A DNA stretch of 64,000 bases from Ramazzottius varieornatus (GCA_001949185.1 BDGG01000002.1:5012448-5076447); one strand, 5' to 3'. Positions 1 to 13,041 are shown, counted from the stretch's first letter. Notes: generated by a model from the sequence alone, not told the origin. Numbers and translations are program-made.

Positions 1-730
1 AAATTTTGGCGCGTCGTACTGGACGGATGAAGAGTTCATCGCGTTTCTCATCTATCGAAGAGCCATCAGTTTCATCACCTATAACTTTTGTGGATCATTG
101 GAAAGATACCTCGAGGGCTTCACAAGCTGCTGCTTACGCACGTCCAGGCAATTTGACATGTCTCAATTGTACGCTATTTCTCGAGTTGGCTGACGGAACG
201 ACGAAATAATTTATAGAAGGGCGGAAAATGAGCTAACGCAGCAAAGCCACGCAGATTCCATTTGTGACCAGGAGATGGAAACAAATTGAGCATCAGGCAG
301 AAATTCGTGGTGGAGAAAAGGCAAAATAATGGGCACCCGAGCGCCCGTTAACGCGTAGAGAGCCTCTCCGGGCTTAATTTGCTTCATTTTCGTTCAGGAA
401 AACTTATCGAATAGTGGCTTCCGGCCATCGTCATTCCAGTTGATAGGACGGGCTGTCGTCCCGGTTGGTGGACCGTTAATTATCCCCACCATACTGGAAA
501 CAACGGACAGAAGCCTTACAATCACAATTTCCTTTTGTACAGGCCCTCGTACACACGCCCTAACACTTCCATTTCCCGTGGTACGTCAATCGTTTTTCCA
601 GATAAGAGTTGGATAAGCTGGTCTGAACGTGATCACTTTGCCACTCATTTCACCGAACGATCGGGACGTGTAAAGCTCCTTTAAGACTTAAGTCACTTGA
701 CATCTCCTGAATTTCATTCTCCGTTTCACA

Positions 731-1723
731 ATGTTGCAGCTCGGCTGCGCTCCAGTCCACACTGTGAGCCTGCTGCTTGCTTTGAGTGTGACCTTTACCT
801 TGTCGATTCAGCCAAGCACTGTTGTTCCTACAGGTAAAAGAAGATTACAGCCCTGACAGACCAATGTATAATTAGGTTTTGTCCAAGAAATCCAGCTTCT
901 GTAGTGGTTTTCTTTTCCTATAGACTAGCTAGTGGTTCTGACCACTGGGAAGGCCGAGCAGAAGCAAAGAAGCACAAGTTTTGCGAGTAAAAACTTTTGC
1001 TACTCGGATCAAGTTGCGCACTTGTTTTCAGTACAGAGGTTGCGATATCTGAAAGCTCGAACAATCTGATCGTCCATTGGAATCTCGACAGACTTAAGAG
1101 GGCCTCGCTTCGCTCGGCCTGAATATCGTTTCAAATTTTTGAGCCAGACCGAGATACGCATGTTTTGTCTTGCAGAAACCCCGACGCCGGTAGAGGATCA
1201 GCTGCAGCAATACCCTGACGAACAAAGTATATGGAACGAGGAAGTTTCTCTGCGCGGACCCGCTAAGATCACTCGAGATGTACGGGCAAAATACGACCCT
1301 ACTTACCGATGGTTGGGTATCGGTAAACGCGATTCGGATCCACTTCCTCGTCCCGCCAAGTTCGGCCAGTTTAGCTTCGGACTTGGGAAGCGGGACACGA
1401 AGTACAGTCCCAACTACAGATTCATCGGTCTGGGTAAGCGCATGGCTCCGTACTGGCATTCTTCCATGCTGAAGGGTTTCCTGGAGGGTGAGAGCCAGAA
1501 GAGCCGAGTGGCTGGACCATCGGCAGCCGCCATGAGGCCTTGGCATCCCGCTTACTCCGCCATGACCAAGAAGCTCACCAGCGACTACGAAAGCCCGGAC
1601 TTGATCCCAGTGTCCTACGAAGACATGGATACGGCTAACGATGTGCCCAGCGGCTTCGGACGACCCGTAATGCGAGGCGGAAGTACCTTTGAGCCAATCT
1701 ATCGTTATGTTGGACTAGGCTGA
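731..1723 (+). CDS. Allatostatin-A/buccalin-family neuropeptide precursor (2 exons: 731-833, 1176-1723)
   Basis: Exon 1 encodes a hydrophobic signal peptide (MLQLGCAPVHTVSLLLALSVTFTLS). A phase-1 GT-AG intron joins it in frame to the 1139-1723 ORF, which has three GKR amidation/cleavage sites and a terminal Gly: YDPTYRWLGIG-KR, FGQFSFGLG-KR, YSPNYRFIGLG-KR, FEPIYRYVGLG-stop. Confidence 0.8.
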
Positions 1724-2414
1724 AAATCTCCAATCATACCGGAAGTTAAAGTATCCGTGCTAAGGTAGCCAGCAGTCGCTCTCTTTTCGCAGACCTAAAA
1801 AATTTTCTCGGCATCGGCAGCATTATTCTTACGCTTTTCATACCCAACCCTATTTGATGTATAGACTCATTGCTGGTTGGACTGCGCTCGGCTGTCTGAA
1901 CTAGAACCCAGCTCTTTTCAGTTTCTCGTAATAGATCGGAAAGGCGCGGTCTCGCTCGATAATAGTAGTCCCCACTCCAATGCAGCTCGCTGCGTTCGGT
2001 CGGCCAAAGAAGGTTCGGCTAGTGAATTTTAACGAAAGTGCCAGATGGCGAAGGTCACATGAAGACGCCGAGGTTCTACTCCCTGTGATGCGTGTTAGGG
2101 AAGCAGCGACAGGACTCTTACTGTCTGCGGCCGAAAAAAAATTGGAATGAGGTTACGTCTTTAAAAAGTAGCAAATCACAATTTCACGTCAAGAAAAAAA
2201 ACATCTCTCATTCACGGCACTCTAACAATGCAGACTTTGGAAAACATCGAACAGCGAAGGGTAGGTTAAGACTGGAGGCGGTAAAACTGGCTCTCTGCAC
2301 GTCATCAACGCAGAAAAGCCTCTTTGTTGTGGAAACGTTCAGTTACTTCAAAAATGATTAGTACAGTTTCTCATACACCTCCCATATACCTTGGCTTTCT
2401 GCGTTTCGAAGAAA

Positions 2415-4554
2415 CTACAAGTTTAGCCGGAAGCTGGCTCCACGGCGATGTGCTTCGAGAGCTAGGAGTTGCGTGGAGGAATACTTTTGGCTCCAGTCAT
2501 CCATGCCTCGGCTTGACGACATCTTGTACAGGGAGGAAGTACCGTGTTCAATGCTGTCGAACATTCCCGGCTGCTTGCTGACGGCCTTTCGGAACAGCAT
2601 TGAGCTGCCGCGCTTGGATTCACCCTGAAGGAAGAGCAAGCCGTCAGCTTTGTGACGAAATGCCAAACAGGCAAGAACGTGATTACACTTACGCTGGTCA
2701 AAAGATAAGCATGGAGATCACGCCACTCTTTGAAGACAGGCCTAAAGACCAGGTCGTAAGGTTCATGACGAAATGACCAACAGGCACAAAAAAACCTTAC
2801 ATCCTTGGTGGCCGAGCGGCGACCAGACGAGCTAATGGAAAGAAAATTAACAACATTGAAAGTGATGATAATCCAAGTGCGTAGACGACGCGACTAAAGA
2901 CGTCAAGAGCTAACCTCCACCAATGGCAAAGAGTCTTGCTGTTAGCTTCAGCGGGTAAAAGAAGCTGTTTGCAATCGCCTGAAACAGAATGACGCTTACT
3001 TCATCTGCCCTACTACGGCAATCGGCTAATAGATCCAGTTGAGACGCAACTTACCCCGGCACCGGCAGCTATTAACTTCAGGTTGATTGGGTTTCTGGTA
3101 TCATAACAGGCATATGCAAAAACCGCCCCATAGGTCACTCCGGTGATTGCAACGTACGAGCACCTGAAAAACTCGCTCGGTAAGGTAAAAGGTGACAATG
3201 ATACACTAAATGGAGCTGCTTTCCCAGAGAGCAACACAGATGATGATGATGGAAGTCGCTAACATTACCACATGGGAAACAGGCCTTTGAAAAATCCGGC
3301 TGCTCCTTCGGTATTTACAATCTCTTGCAGCGAAGGTATGACTCCGCTACAGAAAACACAAGCAAACTGTAGTCGGGGTGAAAGAAACGGAAGTGGCATT
3401 ACTTGGAACAACCCACTTGTATATGTTTTCTCCGCCGATGAACTGAGCCATACATCGAAAGGCCACAACTATAACCGAGAGCCGATACATGCTATGCGAA
3501 TGCTGAGAAATGTGCTTTGGGTATTAGAAGGGTTTACCTTGGAGAGGCCAAGTGATCACCATACTCGCGGTGACGATCGTAATCTCTTTCACAAGCTGCA
3601 AAGTGCAATGAAAAATTACATAATGGAATATTTTAGTCGGCAAAAATTGTTGAAGTTGCTACATACGTCTTCTAAAAAATTAGACACCGTGTAGGTGATG
3701 CCAACAAGCTCTCGGGGAGCAAAACGAAGCGAGCTGGAGGCGTTCCGTGAGCTCTCTGCCGGCTCCAGAAAGCCAAAGCGCTTCGCTTCAAAGTTCGCTG
3801 GTCTTCCAAGGAACTTCTCATCGTAAACATACTTGACGATCTGCAAGGAAGCGTTTGATACACAGAATTCCACGAGGGCGAAGTAATCCACACTTATTTC
3901 GAGTAGAAGGACGCGTAGGTAACCTCAGTCCGTACCGTACCGTCTTCAGGTTCCGTGAGGAACTTCGACCGTTTCTCACTTACCTTCTGCGCTGCTCTGT
4001 ACGTGTAAATTCCTCCTATCGTAACAACCAAAGTCGGTCCCAACCCAAGAAAGAGTCCATACGTTCCAGTCTTCTGCTTGATATGCTGAACTGCAATAAC
4101 AACCACAGTTAGTCTCATCGCGGCTGCACGTCATTCCGCAATGGTCGCGTTCAACCACAGCAAAGAAGTAAAGAGGGATGTTGTTCACGTACTGTAGTCA
4201 AAGACGGAGGCCAGATAGTAAACCGGGCGTCCTCTGAAATCGTGGTTGAGTCGGGCCGGAAATGGTTCATAACCAATCTGGATAACAGGAGGTGCGTTAC
4301 TGCCGCAATTCTACCAACACGTGCTCCAACCATATGAACTACAGCTTCGTGCAGCATACCTGCATAAGAACTTGGGAGAAGTTAAAGGGATGGACTAGTG
4401 TAGTGAAGAACGCCGTCTTCGCAATGATCCTCAGTTCATCCCCAATTAGCTCTTCCGCAGAACGCTTCTGCACTTGCAAATCTCCTGGCAGAGCTCCAAC
4501 ATCAGTCTCCGATACAGCTTCTCGATCTCGTGCGGATGCCGTACTCCCGTACAT
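2415..4554 (-). CDS. MTCH2: Mitochondrial carrier homolog (MTCH1/2 family), multi-exon
   Basis: Spliced segments TTLVHPFNFSQVLMQ, HIKQKTGTYGLFLGLGP, ITWPLQVVAFRCMAQFIGGE, EIVNTEGAAGFFKGLFP, NSFFYPLKL and GESKRGSSMLFRK match the MTCH pattern. Confidence 0.8.
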
Positions 4555-5128
4555 GATGCCCGATGCAGCGTAGCAGTGTAGTCCAAAGCAAGAAGCTTAG
4601 GAGGTGAGGCCTTGTAAGTCTAGACTTTTCAGCAGGGGAAACATCAGCTACAAAACGGACGTTCATGCTCCAGAAGCTGCTGAGAATTGAGGAAATCTCA
4701 AAAACAATCTCGTTTAGATAACCAGTCAATCAGGAATCAACCGTTAGCCAGTATTTTCTCGAAAATCCCCGGGAACAGCGCCCATTGGCCGGCCTGGTCA
4801 CATACTGGATTACTGGTCCACTTCTTATCGGGTTTTCGGCACGGACCTCATCGTTTTATTATTAAGGTCACGAATCCACCCAGACAGGTCACGGCCTCAC
4901 AGGGCCTGACTTCGTTTGATGATTCTGTCCGGCGGCAATGGCGCATTCATCAGTCGTCCTGCAGCTGCAAAAACGTTTTTGAGTTCTTTCCTCAGGTCTC
5001 GCATCTCAGTACCAAAGCTCACCCTGGGAGAGGACGGTCATGACATTACTGTAGTGAACCATTCCGTCGAAGAACACTCTGTTAGCCACGGGAGGATAGG
5101 AGTTCCGACTGTCTTACTGTGTTGGCTC

Positions 5129-5173
5129 TTCCTCCCTCCCAAAAGACAAGGGTTCCTCCCTCCCAAAAGACAA
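5129..5173. repeat. Short tandem duplication (ttcctccctcccaaaagacaa x2, 24-bp period) just upstream of the FKBP6 start
   Basis: Two exact 21-nt copies separated by ggg. Confidence 0.85.
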
Positions 5174-5185
5174 TTTGCAAACGAT

Positions 5186-7034
5186 ATGGACGACAGCGCC
5201 TCGAAAATGGATGCTAGCGAGTCGCAGTCTGTAGCTCCGGTCGATCAAGAAGGTAAGATTCGTCAAACAGTTTTGATTGTTGGTCGTGCAATAACAGGAC
5301 GATAATTTTTGTAGCTTGGTCGCGAGATGTTATGGGTCGAGCGTTTACGGAAGCGAAAATTGCAGCTAACATTGACCGGAACTCTTCAAACTATAGACGT
5401 ATCCGAGACATAAGCCAAGACATCAGGCGATGGATCGACGACCAAGGAGGAAACATGGACGAAACCACCTGGCAGAAGATGGAAAATGTCACCGCAGACG
5501 GGAAAGTCAAGAAGCGAGTGATGTATCCGGGTAGTGCCGTCCCCCGTATGGGGACGTTCGTGGCCTGGCAGTACACTTGCTTTGTCGAGCCCAACTTCAA
5601 CGAACCCATCGACGCGACACGCTTCTCCGATAGGCGCGAAATCTTGAGGTGTGAGACCTTTGAGCTCGTTTTCAACGAAAGCCACGATAACTACCTTGTT
5701 GTTTTCGCAGAGTGGAAGAGGCGGATGAGAACAACGCTATCCAGCGTGGTTTGAGACTGGGCGTTGCCGGAATGCGTCTGGGAGAAAATTCGCACTTCCG
5801 TATCGATCCAAGCTATGCTTTCGGTGAGAATTTTTAAGCTAGGACAATTCTTGGAGCTGAAGGTGCTGTTATGTGCAACAGGTGAACTGGGAGTTCCGCC
5901 CAGAATACCCGCCAACGCGGTTCTCCACTACATCGTCGAGATGCAAGACGACGAGATTGACGACCGAAAAGCCTCGACCAGATTCCTTCGCCAGCCTGTT
6001 GACATCCAAGCAGACCTGGGTTTCGACGTGTGCTATAGAGCTGCGCAGGAGTTTCGGGAGAAGGGAGTTACCAACTTCAAGAAGCGATCGTGGGAGTTCG
6101 CGAGGGATAACTTCAAAGACGTAAGGGATGCTACCAGAGAATCAGAGAGTACTACTGAAGCGTCTCACGCGCTTCAATAGTACTGAGTGTTTGATGTAGT
6201 ACTGCAATGCTTCTTGAATCTCACGCACTGACGTCACCTTGCGCGCCACTTTTACGGGTGTAGTGACTCATATAGTGCACAAGGGGGTGACGTAAGTGCG
6301 TGAGATTCAAGATGCATTACAGTAATTTTTGCCGTCGGTTCTAGGGTTTACAGGCCATTCATGTTTGCTTCGACTTGGCCAACAAAAGCAAGGTGACGGA
6401 AGTTTACATCGATGAAGGGATGGATATCTTACGGGAAACGCTAATAATGAATACTTCGGTGGTGAACGCCAAGTTGGGGAACTGGGAAGAAGCTCTTGAA
6501 GCTGCTGGAACTGTCACGGAATCGAACGCCCAGCATGCAAAGGTGACACGTATCTTCCATTCCACACTTGAACACTGCAAAGCCACTTGATATCCTTTTT
6601 AGGCTCACTATTATGCTGCATTAGCCAGTTACCAGCTGAAGAACTTTGAAGAGGCGATGGAATTTTGCCGAAAAGGTATCAAGCTTGCTTCGACATCACC
6701 GGAAATGACGGAGCTTTACGGGAAACTGGTCGGGCAACAGAAGAAAGATTTAGAGAAAGAGAGGCTCATGTGCCGACGAATTTTCGCCCATGCTCAACCG
6801 GAAGTGAAGAAGGATGAGTTCGCGCTCGTGGGACAAGACGTTCGTGCTCACACGGCAGAGCAAATCAAGAAGATGAAAGACAGTGGGAAACTGGTAGAAG
6901 TCCCAATGAACTACGTTTTCTTTAGCGATAAGCTGAGTCTTCGCTACCTCGAGAAAGAAGCGGCGTCTGCCGGACTTGTCGCTGAGGTCAAGGAGGGCAA
7001 AAGCCGTAAAATCATACGACTTCGTCGAGCTTGA
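5186..7034 (+). CDS. FKBP6: FKBP6/shutdown-like FKBP-TPR co-chaperone (piRNA pathway family), multi-exon
   Basis: FKBP domain (VKKRVMYPG...YAFGELGVPPRIPANAVLHYIVEM) followed by TPR repeats (AAQEFREKGVTNFKKRSWEFARDNFK; NTSVVNAKLGNWEEAL; HAKAHYYAALA) and KERLMCRRIF. Confidence 0.8.
6200..6324. mobile_element. Small palindromic MITE-like element in an FKBP6 intron
   Basis: About 40-bp imperfect inverted repeats (tactgcaatgcttcttgaatctcacgcactgacgtcacc ... ggtgacgtaagtgcgtgagattcaagatgcattacagta) with TA at both ends. Confidence 0.65.
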
Positions 7035-7400
7035 AGTTGTGCTAGCCGTCAAAACAGATTCCGTTCCTGGGTGAGTTACCGATCTGTGCATTGTTTGAAT
7101 CGTTCGTCGGTTGTTACGCTGTTAGAATGATCTGTATGTCTCGTTTCGGAATCTCGAACGTTTCCCTTCTGACAGACTGATAGAATTCTTGTTTTATACT
7201 CTTGTTCTTTCATTTGCTCACTACACTTCTCTCATTTGGTTCTTCCTCGTTGACCACGTATCTATGGCAGTAAGAAAGACTCACGATTTTCCTTCTTGTA
7301 GCGTCCCTTCATACTTTGTAACGTTTTGCGGTTCTTTTGACCTTGTCAAAACTGAGCAATAAAATTCGTTCTTGTTTGATTTTGATTGCGTGATGGACTA

Positions 7401-9152
7401 ATGATGTCGATAACGAGAAGCAAATCCCAGCTTGCGGTCTCAAAACCGACGGATGTTGGAGAAACCGAGGAGGAGAAGGTTCCGGAAGATGACTGGCGAT
7501 TATGGTTCAAGCCTCCGTCGAACCCGAATCGTCGAGATGTTGCGTCCTCGGAAGCCAAGCTCAGCTTGATCAACGAAATATTAAACCGGGATATCATATC
7601 GAAATCCCCTGACAAACTAGACGCTGCGAGACTGAAGAATGTTTTAGTGGATATGAATGCACAGTTCCGGGTTGCCGCCCTGTTACCGAAATTACTTCTA
7701 TGTGATGATCAGGACAAGCTGGACCTGCTTGGGGAGGATGTTAATCGGTTACTCCAGCTCTTCCGGCTGCAGATCGACCTGGCCGTCAACTTCTTTACGT
7801 TTCACGTAGAAAGCTATTCACAAACTAGCCTAAGCAGTTCGGAAGGAAGTCTAGGTTCGAGCGGAAGCGAAACTGCGGTACAGATCAGCGAGGAGTCCGT
7901 GTACGAACTCACCGATGAAGAGAAACTGAAGAACCGACTTGGTCTGACCGCTGTCAGCCATCTAATCTCTTTCAAGGAAGCCTTTACCGCACTTTGTACA
8001 GGCTTCCGGGATACGTTCGATTACTCTCTCCTGTCAAAATCTGAACGGATCTTCGCCGAGACTGAGCAGAGCAAACAAAGTTCGTTCCCTGCAGCTCAGG
8101 AACTTTGCGGTACGACGCTTCCGCTAACCTCGTAAGACCCACTTCCTCCTCGAATCATTTTGATTATCTTTAACCCTTGGTGACATACTTACTGTTTTCT
8201 TGGTGTAGGTTTGACGAAGGAAGTCACCGAGATATTTCTGAAAGGCCTTCAGAAGAGCCCAGTCGAGGCTCGCGAGCTACAGAAGCATATTGCTGAGATG
8301 ACCACTGTAAAAGATGAAGCTAACGAGAACAAGAAAATGCTTTGGGATGAATTTCAGAAGGTTGTGGATATGAGCCAAAACGATCACCACAAACTCACCA
8401 AGAATCTGCAGAAGAACACAGCCCATATCTGTGACAGGCTGGAGGAACTCCGGAGTGTTAGACTGAAAGCCCAGTCGAGAGTCCATCGGCAGGTTGAGGA
8501 CGACAATGGACCCCACAAGATCAAGCTCAGTCGGATGGAACGCGACATCGAGAAGACTATACAAATGTCCCGCGTCCGAAATAACCAAGTAAAGGTATTC
8601 CTAATGAACTTTTTTCCGTAATTTTCTCTTGTGATTTTTCAGCACTTTCACGAAGAGAAACAAATACTAAGAGCTCTGCGGGCTGCCCGAAAATCGCAAG
8701 GTGAATTTGAGGTGGCCATTCTTGAACACTGCGTGGAACTGAAGGTATAGGGGTACAGCACCACGCCTTGTGAGCAATCAAATTTTGCATTATATTTTAA
8801 CCATCTAATACGTTCTTCCTTCTTCCAGACAGAAATAATGGCTCTTCAAGACCGATCAGAAATATTACGAGAACATCTTCGCAAGGACCAAGAAGAAGAG
8901 GCCACATTAGAAACTGAAATGATGGTGTTGGTCCAAGATAGGAGAGAGCGTGACGAAAGGCGGCGCCTATATGAAGAGGAGATGAAACGAAAGAATTGGG
9001 CGGCAACAGTCATACAGGCTCGCTGGAAAGGCTACATCACCCGCAAGAAACTACGAAAAGGCAGGAAGAAGAAGGGCAAAAAGGGGAAGAAGGGAAAAGG
9101 CAAGTCGAAAGGCAAGTCGAAGAGCCCCGGGGGAAAAGGAAAGAAAAAATAG
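7401..9152 (+). CDS. IQCD: Dynein regulatory complex protein 10 (IQCD)-like, multi-exon
   Basis: Long coiled coil ending in an IQ motif (AATVIQARWKGYITRK) and a Lys/Gly-rich tail. The IQ motif is closer to IQCD than to IQCG. The start codon is uncertain. Confidence 0.7.
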
Positions 9153-9330
9153 AATCTAGCCATCCGCGGGAGTTTTCTAGAGTGTTCGCTCGCCCCTAGA
9201 ATAGCACTACTACGGCTTCACACATGCCTTTTTGAGCACAGATCGGGCGAGCAGTCAGTTTTCCCCAACGTTTCCTCCTTAGACTCTCTTCGAGTTTCGC
9301 GCCAATCCTAGTCACTTCCTGGTTGTGGGA

Positions 9331-10403
9331 CTACGTATGAGTTCTCTCCAGATGACGGAACAGTTTCTGCAAGTGCAAAATAAGATTCCGCCTGGAACCA
9401 GGATCGGCAAAAGTAAGGTCTTTATACCTGTTTCTGTTTCTCGCAGCACGTTATGTAGCTTTTCACGAGTCTACTACACGTTAGAGCGCTATGTGGGTTT
9501 TTCTCGTAGCAGTTTGTAACAGCCAATTGGTGTCGCAAGCATTCCTCCAGCGGGGACACCGCATTGAAACTACAAAACAATACAAAAATTAATGGTACAA
9601 AATAGCTTCAGCAGAACCTAGAAAGGCCACAATGCCTCAATTTTGACCACGAACCGACCTGAGTGTTCCATAGGCCTTTTCCAGGTTCTCGGCTGCATGC
9701 TCCAGCTCGTTCACTGAAGCATCTGTCAGGGGATTGACCTAAGGACAGAAATTACATAAAAAAGCATAAAAAAGCATAGGGTGGAGTTTTCGGGAGACCT
9801 TTGGGAGCTAACTTACGTCTTCCATCGTGCCTGATTCATGACGGCCTTTCATTTCGGGATGGGCAGCTTTATGCTGTGGCGTATCTTTCTTGGAACTTCC
9901 GACTGAAATCTTTGTCGCTGCCTGAGCGGCTAAGTCCCCCTTCTTCGCGCAACCTTTCTCGCTATTCGTAGATGCAAATGAAAGCTTCGAGGAGGACAAC
10001 GGCATGGCTGCTCCGAACCGCTGCTGCGCGAGACCAGGAGCCCGGACATTTCCACGCTGCGAACCGTCGTCGGCTATCACATTCGGGAAAGTGTCGTTCT
10101 CTTCTTCGGACTTGACGGTATTGCCATCGTGTCTATTCACAGGTTCTTCGGAAACATCTGACTGCAGTCCGGCAGCAACGTTCTCTTTTGCTGGATGCTT
10201 CTCATCGTCTATGAGCTGAGACCTCGTACTGGCCTTACGAAGCCGATCGGCAACGTTTTCTGAAATCTGATAAAATGTTAGGTGACAATTTTGACAATTA
10301 GTTTTTGATGTACAATAGTCTCGTAGCTTACCACTATTGGGCTGACGTAGTCTCGACCTCGTTGAAACTGTACATTCCGTACTTGGCTTTCCTGGTTCCC
10401 CAT
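9331..10403 (-). CDS. CHCHD3: MICOS subunit MIC19/CHCHD3-like, multi-exon
   Basis: N-terminus MGNQESQVRNVQF (myristoylation-type) splices to ISENVADRLR. A C-terminal four-Cys CHCH domain, ECLRHQLAVTNCYEKNPHSALTCSRLVKSYITC, is read from the exon at ~9427-9569, which is not in the ORF track. Confidence 0.8.
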
Positions 10404-11447
10404 AGATGCGTATGGTCCGGTATAGATACCGAAGAGAATTCGAGGCTTCCAATCTACTTATAGCAAGCTTTTGGTCTTCGCTTTTGGTCTTTTGGAACCC
10501 TGTAGACTGCCTCTTCGCCAAAAAGCGCAGGAAGGTCGAGATGAGATGTGCAGACAACGCCCAAAGAAGGCGTTGTAGAAGGGAGAACCACTGGCAAAGA
10601 AGGAAGACGAGCTGGCTGTCGACAAAACTATGGGAGTTTGGCAATCACAGACAGGCGATGTTAGCGTCCAGAAACCTACAGGCCGAATACAGAATATTCA
10701 GTTAGCGTCACGAGCGGTGGAGGGTTTGGCCAAGTGCTCCGGGAAGCAAAGACGACAACCTCTTCACGGGGTGGAGATACTTTCGTTCGAACGATCGAAC
10801 TCGCCTTCAGAAATTACAACAGTTAACTTACCACCTGCACGCTCTGCTTAATACAAAATTTCCTTAAAATTTACCCTAGTTCCTCCGAAGACATCCGTCC
10901 AGTTACAGTTACGGTGCATTCAGCTCCTATCCCTTCACGACGAGAATGCGCCTACGAAAACATTGGAAATCCATGGAAACTCATGATGCACGCGGCCTTC
11001 TCAGGAAGCGTTATGCCCGGCGGTGTCCTCATCTTTCGGCCAGCCCAGACCCACCATCCTGTGAAAGCCCCCACACAATTCAATGGCTCTCAAAATAGAG
11101 GGAAGCTCCTGTGAGTGCTGTAATAAAAGGACGAAACTAGAACTCAATAGAAAGCCCAGGAGTTCAGGCGAGTCTGGTGGACGGATGCAGCACAAGTGCC
11201 ATGACATGTTATGTCATGTTATGTGACGCGAAGCTTGTTATGTTATTAATACAAACCTCAACATTGGTGCCGGACTCGGGAGACGGACCGGAGTCAACTG
11301 ACTATCATATGAACCTAGCTCGCGATCGAGACGAATGAATCCGGCGATGGTTTTCAGGCTGGTTGAATCTCAGTCATAAGTGTGTTCGGGGCTGCCGATC
11401 GTCATCCAGCAAGTTCGGTTTCTGTACAGTGTACAGAAGTACCTGGA

Positions 11448-12686
11448 ATGGAGAAGGCAACAGCAGCTGTTGTCGAGGCCGGAAGTTTCGAGCAGGATCC
11501 GGCGATTCCGGCCACCTGTTACTTATCCGAAGTGAGTTCGATGCAAGTCGACGAGGAGCGAGTCTTGACCATCTCTGTCGGACCTCAGGGATCGTTGCTA
11601 ATCTGGTATCCAGAAGGTAGGGCGGTAAGAGTGGGGCAAGCCTTGTTCCTTCACTTCCTTGTGCATTTGCTCTCTTCCAGGTTGGGACTTTCGTGATACC
11701 CGCACGTGCACCATATCGTGGGTCTGTTATAATCAATTTTGGTTGCAGATGCCGTTCATCTGCAGCAAACGTACAACATACAAGGATGCTCGGTGGGGCT
11801 GTATCCCAGAGTTCCCGTTCAAGACACATTCTTGTCGCTCCCTATGCAGCTAATGCCAGAAGGAGCAGCATATCTGCGTGATACCAATCGGGCGCGTTTC
11901 GTGGATGCAAATGGTTTGGCCAAAATTCCGTCTTTGGCAGAGGGGATCGCGTTTGCAGACGTCCGGCAAGAGCAGTTCCAGCAACAGGTACGTACCCTCA
12001 GTCGCTGCATTTCCTGAACTGTGGGTGATTTCTGGTGCTTTCTGCTCGTTCTATAGGCGGAACTATACGAGAAGCTTTACGCTTTTCATCTGGACTGTCA
12101 CAAAGCACAACTGTACCAGATGTACTTTCCAGAACTTCAGCAGGCTTTTGTGAAGAACGGAAGCGTGATACCGGAGACCGAGGAAGAAACATGGAAGATC
12201 ATCCGCACAAAATTAGTGGAGCAGTACGACAAAGGCGGTCAGGTAAGCAACGTCGAACTTCCGACTCGCTCATGGAGGACGAAGCTCGGCTTACTGACCA
12301 TAGATGACATCTCGTTCGAGTATCCTGTTACGACGCGGGAGAAAGTTCTGTACGCCACTTACCGAGTCTTGATGGATTGTGGCTTCAGTGTCACTTCCGG
12401 ATCGAACTATGGATCCGACTTCCTTGTGTTCAAAGGTCGAACGAGGAAGTTCAATCCCGCAAAATGTTTGGTAGCCTCTGACAACAGGTTCTCTTTAGGT
12501 GATCCGCGATTTGTCTACTCAACGTACATGGTGAAAGCAATTGAGCTGGACAAAGGTGAGAAGCTCGACGAATACCTGCGCCTCGGAAGAGTGGCTGCGA
12601 CAGCGAAGAAGGCCATGCTGTACGCGTTGGTAACTCCGGATCAGCAAGTTCGACTTTACTGTAGCAAATGGGCTCTGTTGAAATAG
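11448..12686 (+). CDS. TSEN34: tRNA-splicing endonuclease subunit Sen34-like, with catalytic Tyr/His substituted
   Basis: N-terminal LLIWYPE...GCSVGLYPRVPVQDTFLSLPMQLMPEGAAYL is Sen34-type. The C-terminal domain reads YRVLMDCGFSVTSGSNYGSDFLVFKGDPRFVYSTY...LGRVAATAKK after removing intron 12436-12498. Confidence 0.85.
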
Positions 12687-13041
12687 CGCAACTATCGGTT
12701 AAACTAATTTCCCTACAGTTTCAATAAAATTTTCTGTCTCCTTACGGAATACGGATCGATTAGATTGCAGTTTTAATACAGCATCTGTACCTTCTGTCAG
12801 CTTAAAGTTTCATGGAGACATGTACGGCTGACAGAAACCGAGATAAGATTTCCTCCCGCGTTCAAAGTTATCCGCAAAAATTTCTCGACTGTTATACCGT
12901 ACGCGTACGAAGAAAACTAAAGAAAGTTTCGTGATACAAACACAGTAAAACAACAAACAATACCGAATAGTTCGGAAAAGAGATCAGACGAAAAGGTAAG
13001 ACAAGAACCAACAGTCTGGATTTGCTTTAACTTCCGATTCC

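Noticed and set aside
7034-7400. SL trans-spliced operons suggested by tight same-strand spacing and AG acceptors just before several ATGs
   Set aside because: For RAD51, CCT5 and CRYZ, plausible upstream GT donors explain the acceptors as 5'UTR introns. Operons cannot be supported without transcript data.
9808-10644. 278-aa minus-strand ORF as a novel protein
   Set aside because: It is read-through of MIC19 exon 2 into intron and 5' sequence. The real start is MGNQES at 10403 in another frame.
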